Notes under the pieces: model-generated
The model's database searches: none
Told to the model about the DNA's origin: nothing
Seen by the model: the letters and a program-made list of their open reading frames with translations, nothing else
Translations under genes and position numbers: made by a program
Assembly (NCBI GenBank): GCA_965644315.1
Contig: CBFFRQ010000013.1
Coordinates: 1 to 64,000, forward strand
Source: Caecitellus pseudoparvulus
Lineage: Eukaryota > Protista > Bigyra: Bicosoecida
Reading direction: 5' to 3'
Length of the DNA stretch: 64,000 nt
Part shown: positions 27,482 through 38,965 of the stretch, one piece after another
How positions within the stretch are numbered: the first letter of the stretch is position 1
How the letters are laid out: each line of letters starts with the position of its first letter

Positions 27482-30442
27482 TCAGCCCCACTTTTCGAAG
27501 TCCTCGTGGCGGAAAAGGCCCTCCCCCTGTGCAACGATCCACTTCCGGTCATTCCACGAGCCCGGCTCCCAGTTCATGTAATACTCGAGGTTCTGGTACG
27601 GGTCGGCCTGCTTCCAGTCGTCAAACTTGTCAGCGTACTCCTTCTTCCAGAACTTGCGGGCGACAAGGAAGGGGTTCAGAGTGAAGTTGCAGTACTTGCT
27701 GTCGGAGCAGTACATGTACGGCGCGTCGTGGCACAGCCAGATCTTGTCAGGCCAGCGCTCCTCTGGGTGCTCAATCCAGTGGAAGTGGTTGCAGAACAGG
27801 TTGGGCTGCTGCTGGAACACGCGCTCCTCCTTGCCTCGGAACATAATGAGCGCCCAGTTCGGCTTGCCGGCGCGCCAGCGGTGCCGGTACCGCACCATGT
27901 GTGCCGTGCCGTCCGCCAGCAGCGCCACGCCGGCCTTGAGCTGCTCCGCGCCACACGTCCACGGCTCGATCATGCGGAAGTCCTTCTCCAGGAACAGGAC
28001 GTAGTCGTTCGTCGCTGCCTCGAACAGAGCATTGATGGCCCGCAGCTGCCCCACATTGTCCTGGCTGCCCAGCAGCTTCACGCCGTGGGCTGCCACGTAC
28101 GGCTGCAGCGCCGCCTCGGCCTCAGCCGTCCGGCCGTTAATCCAAATGAGAAACTCCCCCACACCTGACAGGAGGCCCCGTGCAGCATACGTGTCCAGGG
28201 TGCCCTTCACCACCTTCAGCTCGGAAGCCTTGCCCATCACCAGCATGACGGCCGTGACGGCGGACACCTTCTCCGGCGCGCTACCCCGCAGGCCACCGCC
28301 TGGTGGCTCCAGGGCCTTCTGCCGCTGCACCTGGCTCAAGGCGCTGCCGAACCAGAAGGACTCCGGGTCGGAAGCCCACGTGCCCCCTGCCGCGACGCGG
28401 CACTGGCGAGGGGTGACCTGGGGTGGCTTGAAGGGGGGCAGGGAGAACTCCGCCCTCGGGATGCGTTTCGGCATGGGGGGGCAGTTGTCGGGGTTTTTCG
28501 CGCACCAGGCCTTTTCATGGGCAGTCCACTTTACTTGCCCGTCCCCTGTGCAGGCTGCCGTGCAGAAGGAACCCGGGTTCTCCACAGTGCAGGCCCACTG
28601 GCCCTTGGCTTCGGTGAGGAAGTCAGGAGTGACCTCTGGCGGGCAGTAGTCGGCGTCGTACGGGTCGTCTGTGAAGCAGATCGGCGAGCCATCCTCGCGC
28701 TTGGCGCAGTGCAGCCCTCTCAAGTCCACGCCATCCACGGGGCCTTGGTCGCCATACCCCCCTACATCAGCCGCGGGGGCTGGAGAGGGCAGGGGGGGCG
28801 GGGAGGGGGTCGGGTCTACAGCGGCCTCCAGTCCTGTGGGGCGGGAATTCCCAGTGTCCCCCGGCCCAGGCCCTGGCACGGCCTTGAGCTGGTCCACCTG
28901 CAGTCGGCACCGGCGGTCCACCTTGCCACAGACATTGGCCGACCAGGCCACCTTGCCGTGGCACGTGACTGCGCAATAGTACGTGTCCAGCTCGTGGCAG
29001 GACCACTGTGTGTCCGCCTGCTTCAAGAAAGGAGGCGTCACCTCCGCAGGGCAGGCGTGGCCGTCTTGTCCGAAGCAGGAAGGCTCCCCCTTGGCAGCCC
29101 GGGCGGCGTAGTCGCCATGGCAGTTCAGCCCACGCAGCTGGAAAGCCCACTCAGACGCCTTGGCGCGGGGGTTCACAATGTCGTCAAACAGTGCGCAGTT
29201 GCCCAGCTCCCCGTTGTCATACCACTGCACGACTTCACGGAAGCGGTAGAAGAGCAGGGACAGGAAGTTCTCCTCCGTGCCTAGGTACCCGGCGCCGAGC
29301 GTTTCCTCCGCGATGACGTCCACGAGCTGCTCCGCGACAGCCAGGAACTCTGGCTTGCCACCGAACACGCCCCCTCGTCCCACTCGAATGGGCTCTTCCT
29401 CTGTCCCCATGTACCTGTGGAAGGCTGCCGCCTCGAACCCGTGGATCTCGCCGTCGTCCGCGTCAGGGACATAGTCATAGTACGTCACCAGCATGCCGTC
29501 ACGCATGAAGCGGTCGATGATGGCCTGCTCGCTGCCCTGGCGGGTGATGCCAGTGGGGTTGTTGCACAGGTGCCCTCCATCCAGGAACATGAAGCCGTCC
29601 GTGTTGAAGGGGTTCACCTGGGCCGCCTGCCGCGCCAGGGCCACCTTGGACATCACCAACGGGTTGTAGTACTCCAGCGTCGCCTGGGGGGAGTGTGACA
29701 GCCACTCCTTCCGGTTGGACCACTCCTTGCGCGTCCTCACTGCCTGCAGGGCGTCCCAGTGCCGGAAGCCACTCTTGATGTCATCCTTGGTGAGGGGCAC
29801 CACGTGCACTGGGCCGGGCGACGAGTCGATGAGGGGCTGGAACTCTGCCAGGTGGTCTGCATCCAGAAACACCACTTTAGGAAAGTCGTACGCTAGGAAA
29901 GACTTCATGCGGTTCACATAGGCTGAGAAGGAGCGCTTGAAGCCGCCGCCCAGCTTGCCGCGCCCCAAATCCACCATGACGCTGACCAGGGTCAAGCTCT
30001 TGAACGGGGCTGCGCGTGCAGCCTGCAACAGCCCAGCATTCGCGTCCAGTAGCCACCTGCCTTTCTCTAGCCACGTCATCTTGGCCACCTGCGCTGCTGG
30101 CAGCTCGGCAAGTGTGTGCACCTTGGTGCCGCCGAAGCCAGTGTCATCCATCGGTCCTGCCCGAACAGCGCCGCCGCCCTGACCAGCCAGGGAAATGATG
30201 TTGTTGCTGCCATTGCCAGCGTTGGGTCTTTCCAGGCCAAGGTGGCCTGGGTTCACGACGTGCGACAGGTCATGAAGGAAAGCGGCCTCTTCCTGTGCAA
30301 GGCCGCCAGACCCAGCCGGCGCGGCCTTGCTCATGTACCACAGCAGCCCCGCCCACACACAGGCGACAGAGCCAAAGATCAGAGTAGACATGCGCACGCT
30401 TATGCAGCGGCCTTTGCCATGGCCCCGTCTGTGAGCTGCCAT
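27482..30442 (-). CDS. Type II membrane multi-domain glycosyltransferase: HtrL/YibB-like + two Cys-rich repeats + GT-A-like domain
   Basis: TM helix; TLVSVMVDLGRG...YNPLVMSKV...NPFNTDGFMFLDGG (HtrL-like); C-terminal NVGQLRAINAL...YVLFLEKDF. Confidence 0.7.
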   Translation of the reverse strand: MAAHRRGHGKGRCISVRMSTLIFGSVACVWAGLLWYMSKAAPAGSGGLAQEEAAFLHDLSHVVNPGHLGLERPNAGNGSNNIISLAGQGGGAVRAGPMDDTGFGGTKVHTLAELPAAQVAKMTWLEKGRWLLDANAGLLQAARAAPFKSLTLVSVMVDLGRGKLGGGFKRSFSAYVNRMKSFLAYDFPKVVFLDADHLAEFQPLIDSSPGPVHVVPLTKDDIKSGFRHWDALQAVRTRKEWSNRKEWLSHSPQATLEYYNPLVMSKVALARQAAQVNPFNTDGFMFLDGGHLCNNPTGITRQGSEQAIIDRFMRDGMLVTYYDYVPDADDGEIHGFEAAAFHRYMGTEEEPIRVGRGGVFGGKPEFLAVAEQLVDVIAEETLGAGYLGTEENFLSLLFYRFREVVQWYDNGELGNCALFDDIVNPRAKASEWAFQLRGLNCHGDYAARAAKGEPSCFGQDGHACPAEVTPPFLKQADTQWSCHELDTYYCAVTCHGKVAWSANVCGKVDRRCRLQVDQLKAVPGPGPGDTGNSRPTGLEAAVDPTPSPPPLPSPAPAADVGGYGDQGPVDGVDLRGLHCAKREDGSPICFTDDPYDADYCPPEVTPDFLTEAKGQWACTVENPGSFCTAACTGDGQVKWTAHEKAWCAKNPDNCPPMPKRIPRAEFSLPPFKPPQVTPRQCRVAAGGTWASDPESFWFGSALSQVQRQKALEPPGGGLRGSAPEKVSAVTAVMLVMGKASELKVVKGTLDTYAARGLLSGVGEFLIWINGRTAEAEAALQPYVAAHGVKLLGSQDNVGQLRAINALFEAATNDYVLFLEKDFRMIEPWTCGAEQLKAGVALLADGTAHMVRYRHRWRAGKPNWALIMFRGKEERVFQQQPNLFCNHFHWIEHPEERWPDKIWLCHDAPYMYCSDSKYCNFTLNPFLVARKFWKKEYADKFDDWKQADPYQNLEYYMNWEPGSWNDRKWIVAQGEGLFRHEDFEKWG

Positions 30443-30755
30443 GCCTGCAGCCCCACGTGGCACTTGGCGTTTCAAGCACGAAACTCCTCCAACCTCAACT
30501 CTATCATGGATTGCACATGAGCCTGCCGTGCGGCTGGACATGGGGTCAGTGATGCCTTCACCTTAGATCTGCATGTGGTGTTGTGTGCTTTGACCTCGAC
30601 CTGGTTGTGTTGGAGGAGGAGTGTTCTCACCGAGCAAATGGGGGGTGCTGCATCCCGTGCTGCTGCCCGCGCGGCTGCGCTGCAGCTCGCTGAAGTGCGT
30701 GGCGACACGAGTCCATGCGCTAGCACAAGCACACGAAAGACCAAGGCCCTGCCCA

Positions 30756-31801
30756 TCAAGGCACTGGAAGGGAGGCGAGAACTTCGTCGTCCAACACGTC
30801 CGGTGCTGCCGCTGCGCTGGCCTGTAACGCAGCGCGCTGACTCAGCATAGCCGCCGAAGCCCCCGACAGCCGCATGCGCATCTTCCCAGCCTGCACGTGC
30901 TTCAAAGGGACGCCCACAGTGGACAGCGGCCCTACCTTGGCGATGCTGGCTTCAGGGTCCTCCCACCCCACTCGTGACCAGTACGTGTCATGGTCATCCG
31001 TCACACCATCAGCAGTTGCCGGCGACGTCGCTGGAAGGTGCCCCCCAGCACTCGCATCCACTGGCGCAGTTTCCACTAGGAGAGAAAACGTCGTGTCTTG
31101 GGGTGGCGGCCCGAGGTGCGTCGTGCTCTGCTGCACTTTCATGAGGGCTGCCGCGAAGGCCTGAAGCAAGTCTTCCGCAGTGCAAGGCACGTCCAGCTCC
31201 GCAGTGAAAGTGGCCTGCGATGGGCGGGAAGCACCAGAGGGGCGGCTTCTGTCCCTGCCTAGGCATGCCGCCCATTGCCCCACTCACGTCCAGCGAGAAC
31301 TGCTCCACTGCGCTACCCGATGGGCCGAGAATGGCAACGTGCACCGCTCGAAAAGTGCCCTGTGCAGAAAGGGCAAAGATGCAGGACAAAGGCATGGGAC
31401 GGGAAGAGGGTACTTAAAGGGCTCACCGCGTCCATGAAGGCTTTGGCCTTGAAGAGAGCTTTGTGAATGTAGTCGTTCAACTCTGGATGTCGGCTCATCC
31501 AGACAGCGCACCCGTACGCTCTGCGCCGCTCAAACAGTTCTGCGTGGGGAACCCAGGCGTGATGATCATGCACGGTGAACTTTCGGGGAGCCATGTTTTC
31601 ATTCCTACGATTTGGATACACCTGGCGAGCATGCCTGTGGGAGGGGGGGGCTTCAAATGATGTGCGGCACGCTTCCCGAAACGCGCGTGAAACCCACAAC
31701 AGTCCATGCACTGCCACCTCGATGAAGGAAAGCACCATGAAAGGCAGTTCTTCCTCCACTGACACATCCTGCTCCACAGAGATAACTTCGGCCTGTGCCA
31801 T
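30756..31801 (-). CDS. MAD2L2: HORMA-domain protein REV7/MAD2L2, several introns
   Basis: FIEVAVHGLLW..QVYP..LFERRRAYGCAVWMSRHPELNDYI, followed by AVEQFSLDV and FAAALMKV in downstream exons. Confidence 0.85.
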
Positions 31802-32207
31802 GGCACACCCCTGGCGGGCCAAGCACGCGAGAGCGAGCAAAAGGCTAGCCTCTGCTTTGCGAGCTTTGGCCTGAATGCTCGCAACTCAACACCGCTGCAC
31901 AGCGATAGAGCTTTTCTGCGGGCTTCGCAGGGTCGCATTTGAAGTAGATGTATCGGCAATTTGAATTTACATTCGCTCGTGCAGTGTTTCGTGGTAAAGT
32001 ACCGAGAGATACTGTGAAGCAAGAAAACACAGGATCTTTGTCTCACTGCACAAAATTCGGCAACTTACGCCCAATATCTTCAGTAAAGTAAAATAAAACT
32101 ATGAAAAGCTTCAGACTTCCTGAGTGACATCAAAAAGTACGCGAATGGACCCGTTTTCATGACTACATGGCTGCTGTAGGTGTCGAAGTGGTGCAGCCAG
32201 GCCCAGT

Positions 32208-34127
32208 TTGAAGCACAAAGGAGACCACATCACGCTCACCCAAGCCATGTGCTTTTCGCAGGAACACATCGCTTCCTCCGTCAAGCCTCTTCTCAAACAG
32301 GAGAGTGAGCTTCAATTTATCAGGGATCGGCACACGCGCCTTCTTGCGATCAAACAGTCTGCGCAGCTGGCTTTGAGCAAGGCAGCGGAATTTGGTTGCA
32401 GAACTGAGCCTGTTGGGCATGGCCCTGACACCAGCAGTGACTGCAGGAAGAGCTCTGCGGTGTATTCCGCACTTGACAAGTACTACTTTGCCAATCTTGC
32501 CAGGGACAGGACAACCCATGCTGCTGTTAAGGCTGCAGCTGCTTGGGCAGCATCCCACGATCTCCCAGCACCAGACAAGAGCTCCCTCAGCAGGTGGTTC
32601 TCAACAGTAAAAAAGCTTGAGGATGACATCAGCGCGGCCATGAAGAAGCACGCTGGTTTTGCACCTGCAGCTGAGGTTATGAAGACGCTAGTACTTTCTG
32701 GCCTTGAGAACAAGCGCTCTAGCAGTGGCCGGCATGTCCCGCAGGATGTCATCGACAGCGTAGATCAGTTTGTGTCGCTCTTGAAAGAACTCGAGATGTC
32801 ATTTACGCGGAATGATGTAAGGATGGAGTTTCTGTCCACCATGCAGAACCTTCACCCTCACCTGTGTGCCGATCATCCGGGGGGCTGGTTCACGGCGAGC
32901 GACGACTTCATGCGGTCATGGGAAGAAAGGCGAGCCTCGGTCAGGCGAGGGGTGACCACAGGGGGACGAAGTTGGGAGTTTCCAGAGAGCATGGATGCGG
33001 CGACCATTCGACACATCTTTCACATGCGCTTGGCAAGCATTGTGTTCGAGTACGACGGCGTGAACGGCATTCCCAAGGAGCTCGTTGTTGGAGCAGACGA
33101 GACCGGGGTCCACCTCATTCCATCCAGTGCTAGTGATGTAGCTGTGAAGGACTCTAAGCAAGTGGCGAGGCGAGGTGTTGAAGGAAAGAGGCAGATTTCG
33201 GCATTGGTGAGTCACACTATGGCTGGGGAGATGCTACCATTGCAACTCATCTTCCAAGGACAATCAGACAGGGTGTTGCCAAAGCTTTCCCCTGCTGAGA
33301 TAGAGCAGCATTCCCCACTCCTTTCTCATTCACACAACGCCTGGAGCGATGAAGCCACAACTATAAAGTGGTTTCAAGTTGTCCTTGTGCCTTTCTTGCT
33401 TAGGAAGAAGGCATCCTTGGGGTTGCCCTCAGACAGTCCCTCGGTGCTGGTGTGGGACGTGCACTGGTCGCACAGACACAGATCAACACGCGAGTACATC
33501 GCTGACAATGTCCCTTGGCTCAGATTGCTGTATGTTCCTGCAAACGCAACATCTTTCTTACAAGTCTGCGATGCCTCAATCAACAAACCGTTGAAGACGA
33601 CTGTGCAAAGCCTGCTTCGGCGATGGCGCCTTGATGAGATCAAGGAAACTGGAACTCTTGCGAGAGGAGTGAAGCATCTCAGACTGCAGGTATCACGGGC
33701 AATTCTTCAAGCCAGCAAGAGCATACCCAAGGAGGTTGTGATGCATGGGGTACAGGCAGTTGGCCTGGACAGAGTGTGGAGCCCTGCCGTGCGAGATGAC
33801 CTGCTTGAATCTGCCCACGAGCTTGCGAAGGCCGGGACCTTGTGGGTGGCATTATCCAGGGGCGACGTCGCCACCGAAGGAGGGAGGGCTGAGCGTGCAG
33901 TGTTCTTCGGCCCGGAGGAGCCCTCGCGGGCAGAAGCAGCCCATGCATCGCGCGAAAGTTCAGACCCGCCCACACCACCACCAATTGGAGGGAAGAAGCG
34001 CACTCGTACATACACATGTGGCTTTTGCAAAAGCAAAGGTCATCGGTCTGACAGCTGCCCAGCCGCCCGCTCTGGGGCACGACCCCACCCGGACGCCAAA
34101 GCTGCAGTGAGGGCAAGGTACAAGTAG
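32208..34127 (+). mobile_element. pogo/Tigger-like DDE_1 transposase with C-terminal CCHC zinc knuckle; start codon and TIRs not identified
   Basis: GADETG, VLVWDVHWSH and VPANATSFLQVCDASINKPLK (intact DDD triad); CGFCKSKGHRSDSC; lower GC than the flanking genes. Confidence 0.85.
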
Positions 34128-34433
34128 CACCCCCCCCCCTCCACCCCCCCCCCAAGATTCTTGTCCCCACAATAATTTATTGCCTGCTGTCTATTTTGCC
34201 CCATCTCTGCCCTGTCCCTAGTTTCCTGTGCTTCTGAGTGCTTCGCCCAGGCAGTCAAGGCTGTGGATCTTCAGCAATCCTTCCCCAGTACAGATCAAGC
34301 TGCACTACCACGATCTCCAAATCAGTATCAGTCACCAGAAGCCTTCCGCAGACAGAGCAAGAAAGGTTGCACACGCCAGTGCCTATTCTCCTGCCCCCCA
34401 CTCACCTTCACACTCAGCAAGCGCATTCCTCGC

Positions 34434-35627
34434 ATGGCCGGAGCACCGAGCACCTGCGCCAGGCAGGAGCTTGAGAGAGCCTTGCGACTCGCCACAGGCA
34501 TCAGGGAATCAGGCTGCATTGAGCCCACACAGCAGGTTGAATGGTGTTTGTTCAGGCGTGGCTTGCCCATCGGGGGGACTCCGGCAGGCTTGCCCCTGCT
34601 CGTGGTCGCAAGTTGGCGCTGCCTGCGTTTCAGCAGAGTTTCTGGCGACGAGTTGCAGCAGCTGCCCGAGGTCGCGCCTCAGAGCGGCATTCAAGAGACT
34701 GTCGCTCTCGCTGACAAGTTATCCAGCATCATCCACAGTTCTCAAGGCGCCCTGCTGGCGTGGAAGCGCTCCTGTGCCCGCTGTGATGCCGGCGAGGCTC
34801 CTCGCTCATCCGAGGTGCAGGCTGCAGCGGGCGTGTGGAGTGCGTGGGGTGGGCAAGGGGGGTCACGAGCGCTGCTGCTCCTGCGCAGCACAGCGGGCAG
34901 CAGTGATGCAGCTCTGTTCCCAGATGCTGCGAGCCTCCTGCAGGCTTTCGAGGAGCCACATGCGAAGCGCATCGGGACCCGGAAGTCAGCCCCTGCCACA
35001 GGCAAGAGGCGCCGAGCACCGCCGACGCAGCTGACAGTGGGGGCGCGGGCCCTGGCCAAGCACTGCCACAGGGATACGAGCGGGTGGTGGGGCTCTGGGC
35101 GTGGTGCGACAGCCGGGCCTGAGAGCGTTCGGAATGCGTACGCAGTGTCCAAGGTTGCCGGTATCCTGGGGGACGCCAGCTGGCTGAACGTGCACGTGGT
35201 GCCTGCTGCAGCCGACAGCAACGTAGCTGCAGTGGCAGACGAGAGCAAGGTCCGGACACGCCAAGACGGCACTGCCTCACCTGCCTCCAGTGTTCCAGTG
35301 TTCGTGCTGGAGGTGCGGGTGCCCAGCGGACACGGGGCGCGCTGGTACGCACAGTCACAGGCGAATGAGGGGGCAGACAGTGCACTGTCACGGGCATCGC
35401 GTTCCTTCTGGGACTGTAAGGGTGGCGTGCAGCATTCTATAAGCGCTGGCTGTGCGGCCCTCACCGCCAGCGCGGCAGTGGACACCGCTCTGCGTAAAGT
35501 GCTAGCCTCGTCAGCGGGTGGCGCTCCCTCAGAGCCAGGCAGCGGCCAGACGGGCACAGCAGTGCAGTTCAGGGGGTTCCTGGAGCCCGCTGGCTCGGCG
35601 GGGCATGCGACTGGCTGGCGGCACTGA
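34434..35627 (+). CDS. Conserved uncharacterised protein resembling the C-terminal domain of plant ASCH-domain proteins; toxin-RNase-like motif
   Basis: LTVGARALAKHCHR...WWG, WLNVH, VLEVRVPSGHGARW, FRGFLEP...GHATGWRH*. The frame is open upstream to ~34176. Confidence 0.7.
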   Translation: MAGAPSTCARQELERALRLATGIRESGCIEPTQQVEWCLFRRGLPIGGTPAGLPLLVVASWRCLRFSRVSGDELQQLPEVAPQSGIQETVALADKLSSIIHSSQGALLAWKRSCARCDAGEAPRSSEVQAAAGVWSAWGGQGGSRALLLLRSTAGSSDAALFPDAASLLQAFEEPHAKRIGTRKSAPATGKRRRAPPTQLTVGARALAKHCHRDTSGWWGSGRGATAGPESVRNAYAVSKVAGILGDASWLNVHVVPAAADSNVAAVADESKVRTRQDGTASPASSVPVFVLEVRVPSGHGARWYAQSQANEGADSALSRASRSFWDCKGGVQHSISAGCAALTASAAVDTALRKVLASSAGGAPSEPGSGQTGTAVQFRGFLEPAGSAGHATGWRH

Positions 35628-35859
35628 AGTCCTCGACAGGCCTCGGTGGGCGCCCCCGCCCAGTAGCTGAGCAAGCTGCGGTGGGAGGCAGTGCTGACAG
35701 GGGGGCAGCTCGGATGCAGCCTAGGCAAAATGAAAGCAATGACACCCATCCTGAATTCGCGTCGCCGCCACCCCTCCTCCTGCCCTGATCCCGCGCTCTG
35801 CGAGTTGGACGAGAAGCCAGCTCACACGGAAGCCCGCTGGAGCGAGTGCCGCCCACAGC

Positions 35860-38105
35860 ATGGCGCTCCACGCGGCTGCAAAGGCTGCTCATGCCATCAA
35901 CATACGGGGTACATGTCGCACCATGTCCACCGCAACGCACGGCTCTGAACGGGGCGTGCTCCTTGGGGCAGGCTCCAACGTCGTCGACTCGTTTTTCACT
36001 GTGCGGGGCCTGCCTCAGCACGGGGAAAAGCAGTACTTTGCCGGCGCGGCAGCGGCCAAGACTTCCGTCGGTGGAGTGACGCTGAACCATTTGATGTGGG
36101 CCCGCATGCTGAACGTGCCGTCAGCACTCATGGCGCTGCAGGTGAGGCGCCCAGCAGCGTTTCCCACACGTTTCACCCCGCCAACCTGCAACTTCCCGCG
36201 CTCACCACGCAGGGAAAGGACACGAACGGCGAGTACATTCGGGCAGCTATGCAGGCTCACGGCGTGGATGATGCGTTTGTCTCGGTGGGTCCGCAGCACA
36301 CCTCCTCTGCCTGTCATGTGTTTGTGGACACTGCTGGAGAGCGGTCTGTTGTCATGTCGCCCGGCAGCACGGCAGCCATGACGGGCCCCATGCTGGAGTC
36401 ACTGTATGATGCCTGGTTCCAGTCGTCGCATCACCAAGACAAGCCCCCCGTGGCCTTCATGTCCTCTGAAATCAGCCAGCTCCCCCTCAGTGGCGTGGCA
36501 TACCTGCAGCGCATGGCGCACCAGCACTCCCTCCCCTTCGCTGTGGACGTGGACGTGCCTGTGGAGACAGCAGTCGGCACTGCGCAGCTGGGCACGCTGT
36601 CCGAGTTGGCTGCAGTCTTGACCTGTGTCGGCGGCCCCACCCTGGTGAAGCTCAGCGCAGCCGCCTGTGAGAGCACGCTGTACTTGGCTGCTGCCGTCAA
36701 GGCGGTGCTGGGGCGACCCACCTACGACACAGTGCCCCACGCAGAGGCGGTGCAGCTGCTGCAGCCCATGTTGGAGGCAGCCCCCCTGTCCCTGCATGCG
36801 CCCTTCGACGGCAGGCGGGCTGACTTCGACGCCGACCTGCTGGCGCCCATGGACGGCGACAGAGTGGGGCGGGAGCTGCATAAGGCGTACAGGGCAGCTG
36901 CCAATGGCGCCGACGTGGAGGTGCGCGGCAGCATCGGGTACAAAGCCCGGCAGCTGGTGCAAGCGCTGTCAGTGCCCATGGTGGTGGTCACGGACGGGCA
37001 CCGGGGGGCGTCACTCGCAGTGGGCGATGCCGCGCGCACCGACACCGCAACCCTCAGCAACCTGGCCAGCCACGGTGGCAGTGCCGAGCTGGACTTTCAC
37101 AGCGACACCAGCATTTACGGGGAGCTGCACTGCGCGAACCTGCCGCCCTGTGAAGACCTGGGCCCGCAACGCAACTCGTCGGGGGCGGGGGATGCATTCT
37201 TCGGCGGCCTGCTGGCGGCGCTGGCGGTGTGGGGCATGCCTGCGACGGCAGAGGCTGTGCAGCGAGTGGGGGCCGTGGGCTCAGCCGCAGGGGCGGCTTG
37301 CACTGAACTGGTGGGGGCCGTGCCAGACCTCACCCCCTGTGGGCAGCACGGGCAACCAGCCTCCCTCACGCGCATGCTGCAGCTGGCGCCAGGCCCGGTG
37401 GAGGCGCTGGTGCGCGACGCGCAGCCCCTGTCCCCTCTACTGCGGGACGCTGACGGGGAGCGGACGGCACACGCGTCGTCCCCCGACGTCGGCGTGAACG
37501 CGGCCCACGTGCAGCTGGTGCACGACGCAGTGCAGGCGTCACTGCGGGACGACGTCAGCTCAGTGCAGGGCGTCGCCCGCCTGTACGAGGGGGGCTCCTC
37601 TGGCTCCGCGCAGATCCTGCGCGCCTGTGACGCGCTCCTGCGCTGCGCCAGTCAGGGGGGACACGTGTACTGCTCAGGTGCGGGGCGCAGCGCCCATGTG
37701 GCGGCCCGCACGGCAGCCTCCCTGCGCGCCGTGGGCATCCCAGCCACATTCCTGCACACGTCCGCGTGGGGGCAGGGCGACGCAGGCACCCTGCGCAGCA
37801 CCTCCACCCTCCTGTTGTTTTCGCGGTCAGGGGACTGCCCAGACCTCGCAGCCGCACTGACCGCTGCAGATGCAGTGGGCGCCCCCACCATCGCCCTGTG
37901 TGGCAAAGTGCAGGGCTCCACCTTGCACACGGCGGCGCAGAGCGTAGACGCGCCCGTGGAGTTCCTGTACGTGCCCAGCGAGGCGGACGGGCAGGGGCGC
38001 ATCCCCAAGCGCTCCGTGCTCAGCACCAACGCCCTGGTCAACGCCATGCTGAGCGGCCTGGCAGCGGCCGCCAAAGGCACTGCCGTCGCGCCCAGCGAGC
38101 CATAG
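35860..38105 (+). CDS. PfkB-family sugar kinase fused to a SIS (KpsF/GutQ-like) sugar isomerase domain; intron 36142-36212
   Basis: GAGSNVVD, GGVTLN, GKDTNG, NSSGAGDAFFGGLL; C-terminal SGAGRSAHVA...GIPATFLH...FSRSG. Confidence 0.85.
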
Positions 38106-38134
38106 CTCGCGAACCATAGCCCATGTGGCGGGGC

Positions 38135-38965
38135 TCATGTCGTGGGTGGCGGGGGGAGGCCCAGGTCGACAGGCGGCGGCACGGCCGCGTACGAGCGCGC
38201 GGCGGCTGCAGGTGGGGCGTGCCTCTCCGGGCGGCCGCTGACCCTGGCGCCCTCCCATGCACTGCGCACGCCGCCATGCACGTGGTGAGCCTGGGCAGTG
38301 CCCCGCACATGGCCACCAGTGCCCAGTCCAGACCTGTCCCCCTCTGCCCGGCCGTGGGTCCAAGGAGCAGGCCCGCCGTCCTCGCCCGGCTGCCCAGCGG
38401 GGCGGGCCTTCAGCCGCAGCTTGGTGAAGGAGGCCACTGCCTTGTCCTGCAGCAGCTTGGAGTGCTGCTTGCTGCCGGCATGCACAGTGTGCTGCCGCCC
38501 GAATTCGTCCAGCACCTGCACCTCGCCGGTGCTGCCTGCGGCGGGACGGGAGGGCACTTGTCCCTCCGCGCGCTTGCGCTCGAAATCCACCATGGCGTCT
38601 TCCCCTGCTTCACCCTCACCTCTGCACAGGCGCTCGTACTGCTCCACCTTCTCTCCCAGCTTTCGCTGCCGAGCATCCTCAGCTTTGTTGGAGGCCCGCT
38701 TGGACTTGCTGGAGACGAGGTCAAGTATGGAGCCTTTGGGCTCCCGAGCGCGCTTCTTTCCACGGGGCTTTGCAGATCGCTTCTTCTCTGCGTCTGCGAT
38801 TGCAGCGTCCAGCATCAGCATCTGCGCCAGGCAGCAGGGGCGCGTGGTGGGCAAGCGCGCAGGGCTCGCAGAAACGCAGGCAAAACGCACCGACCCTCCG
38901 TCAACTTTGATCGGCTTGCTGCGCCGTGGGAGCAAAGAGCTCTCTGTAATGAAGCCCAAAGACAT
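38135..38965 (-). CDS. CCDC174-like protein, intron-containing; 3' end uncertain
   Basis: MSLGFITESSLLPRRSKPI N-terminus, KVEQYERL..G, MVDFERK, VLDEFGR. Confidence 0.6.
   Translation of the reverse strand: MSLGFITESSLLPRRSKPIKVDGGSVRFACVSASPARLPTTRPCCLAQMLMLDAAIADAEKKRSAKPRGKKRAREPKGSILDLVSSKSKRASNKAEDARQRKLGEKVEQYERLCRGEGEAGEDAMVDFERKRAEGQVPSRPAAGSTGEVQVLDEFGRQHTVHAGSKQHSKLLQDKAVASFTKLRLKARPAGQPGEDGGPAPWTHGRAEGDRSGLGTGGHVRGTAQAHHVHGGVRSAWEGARVSGRPERHAPPAAAARSYAAVPPPVDLGLPPPPTT

Noticed and set aside
31880-34260. Terminal inverted repeats of the pogo element
   Set aside because: Only a 7-bp CACAGGA/TCCTGTG match was seen; no convincing TIR or TA duplication.
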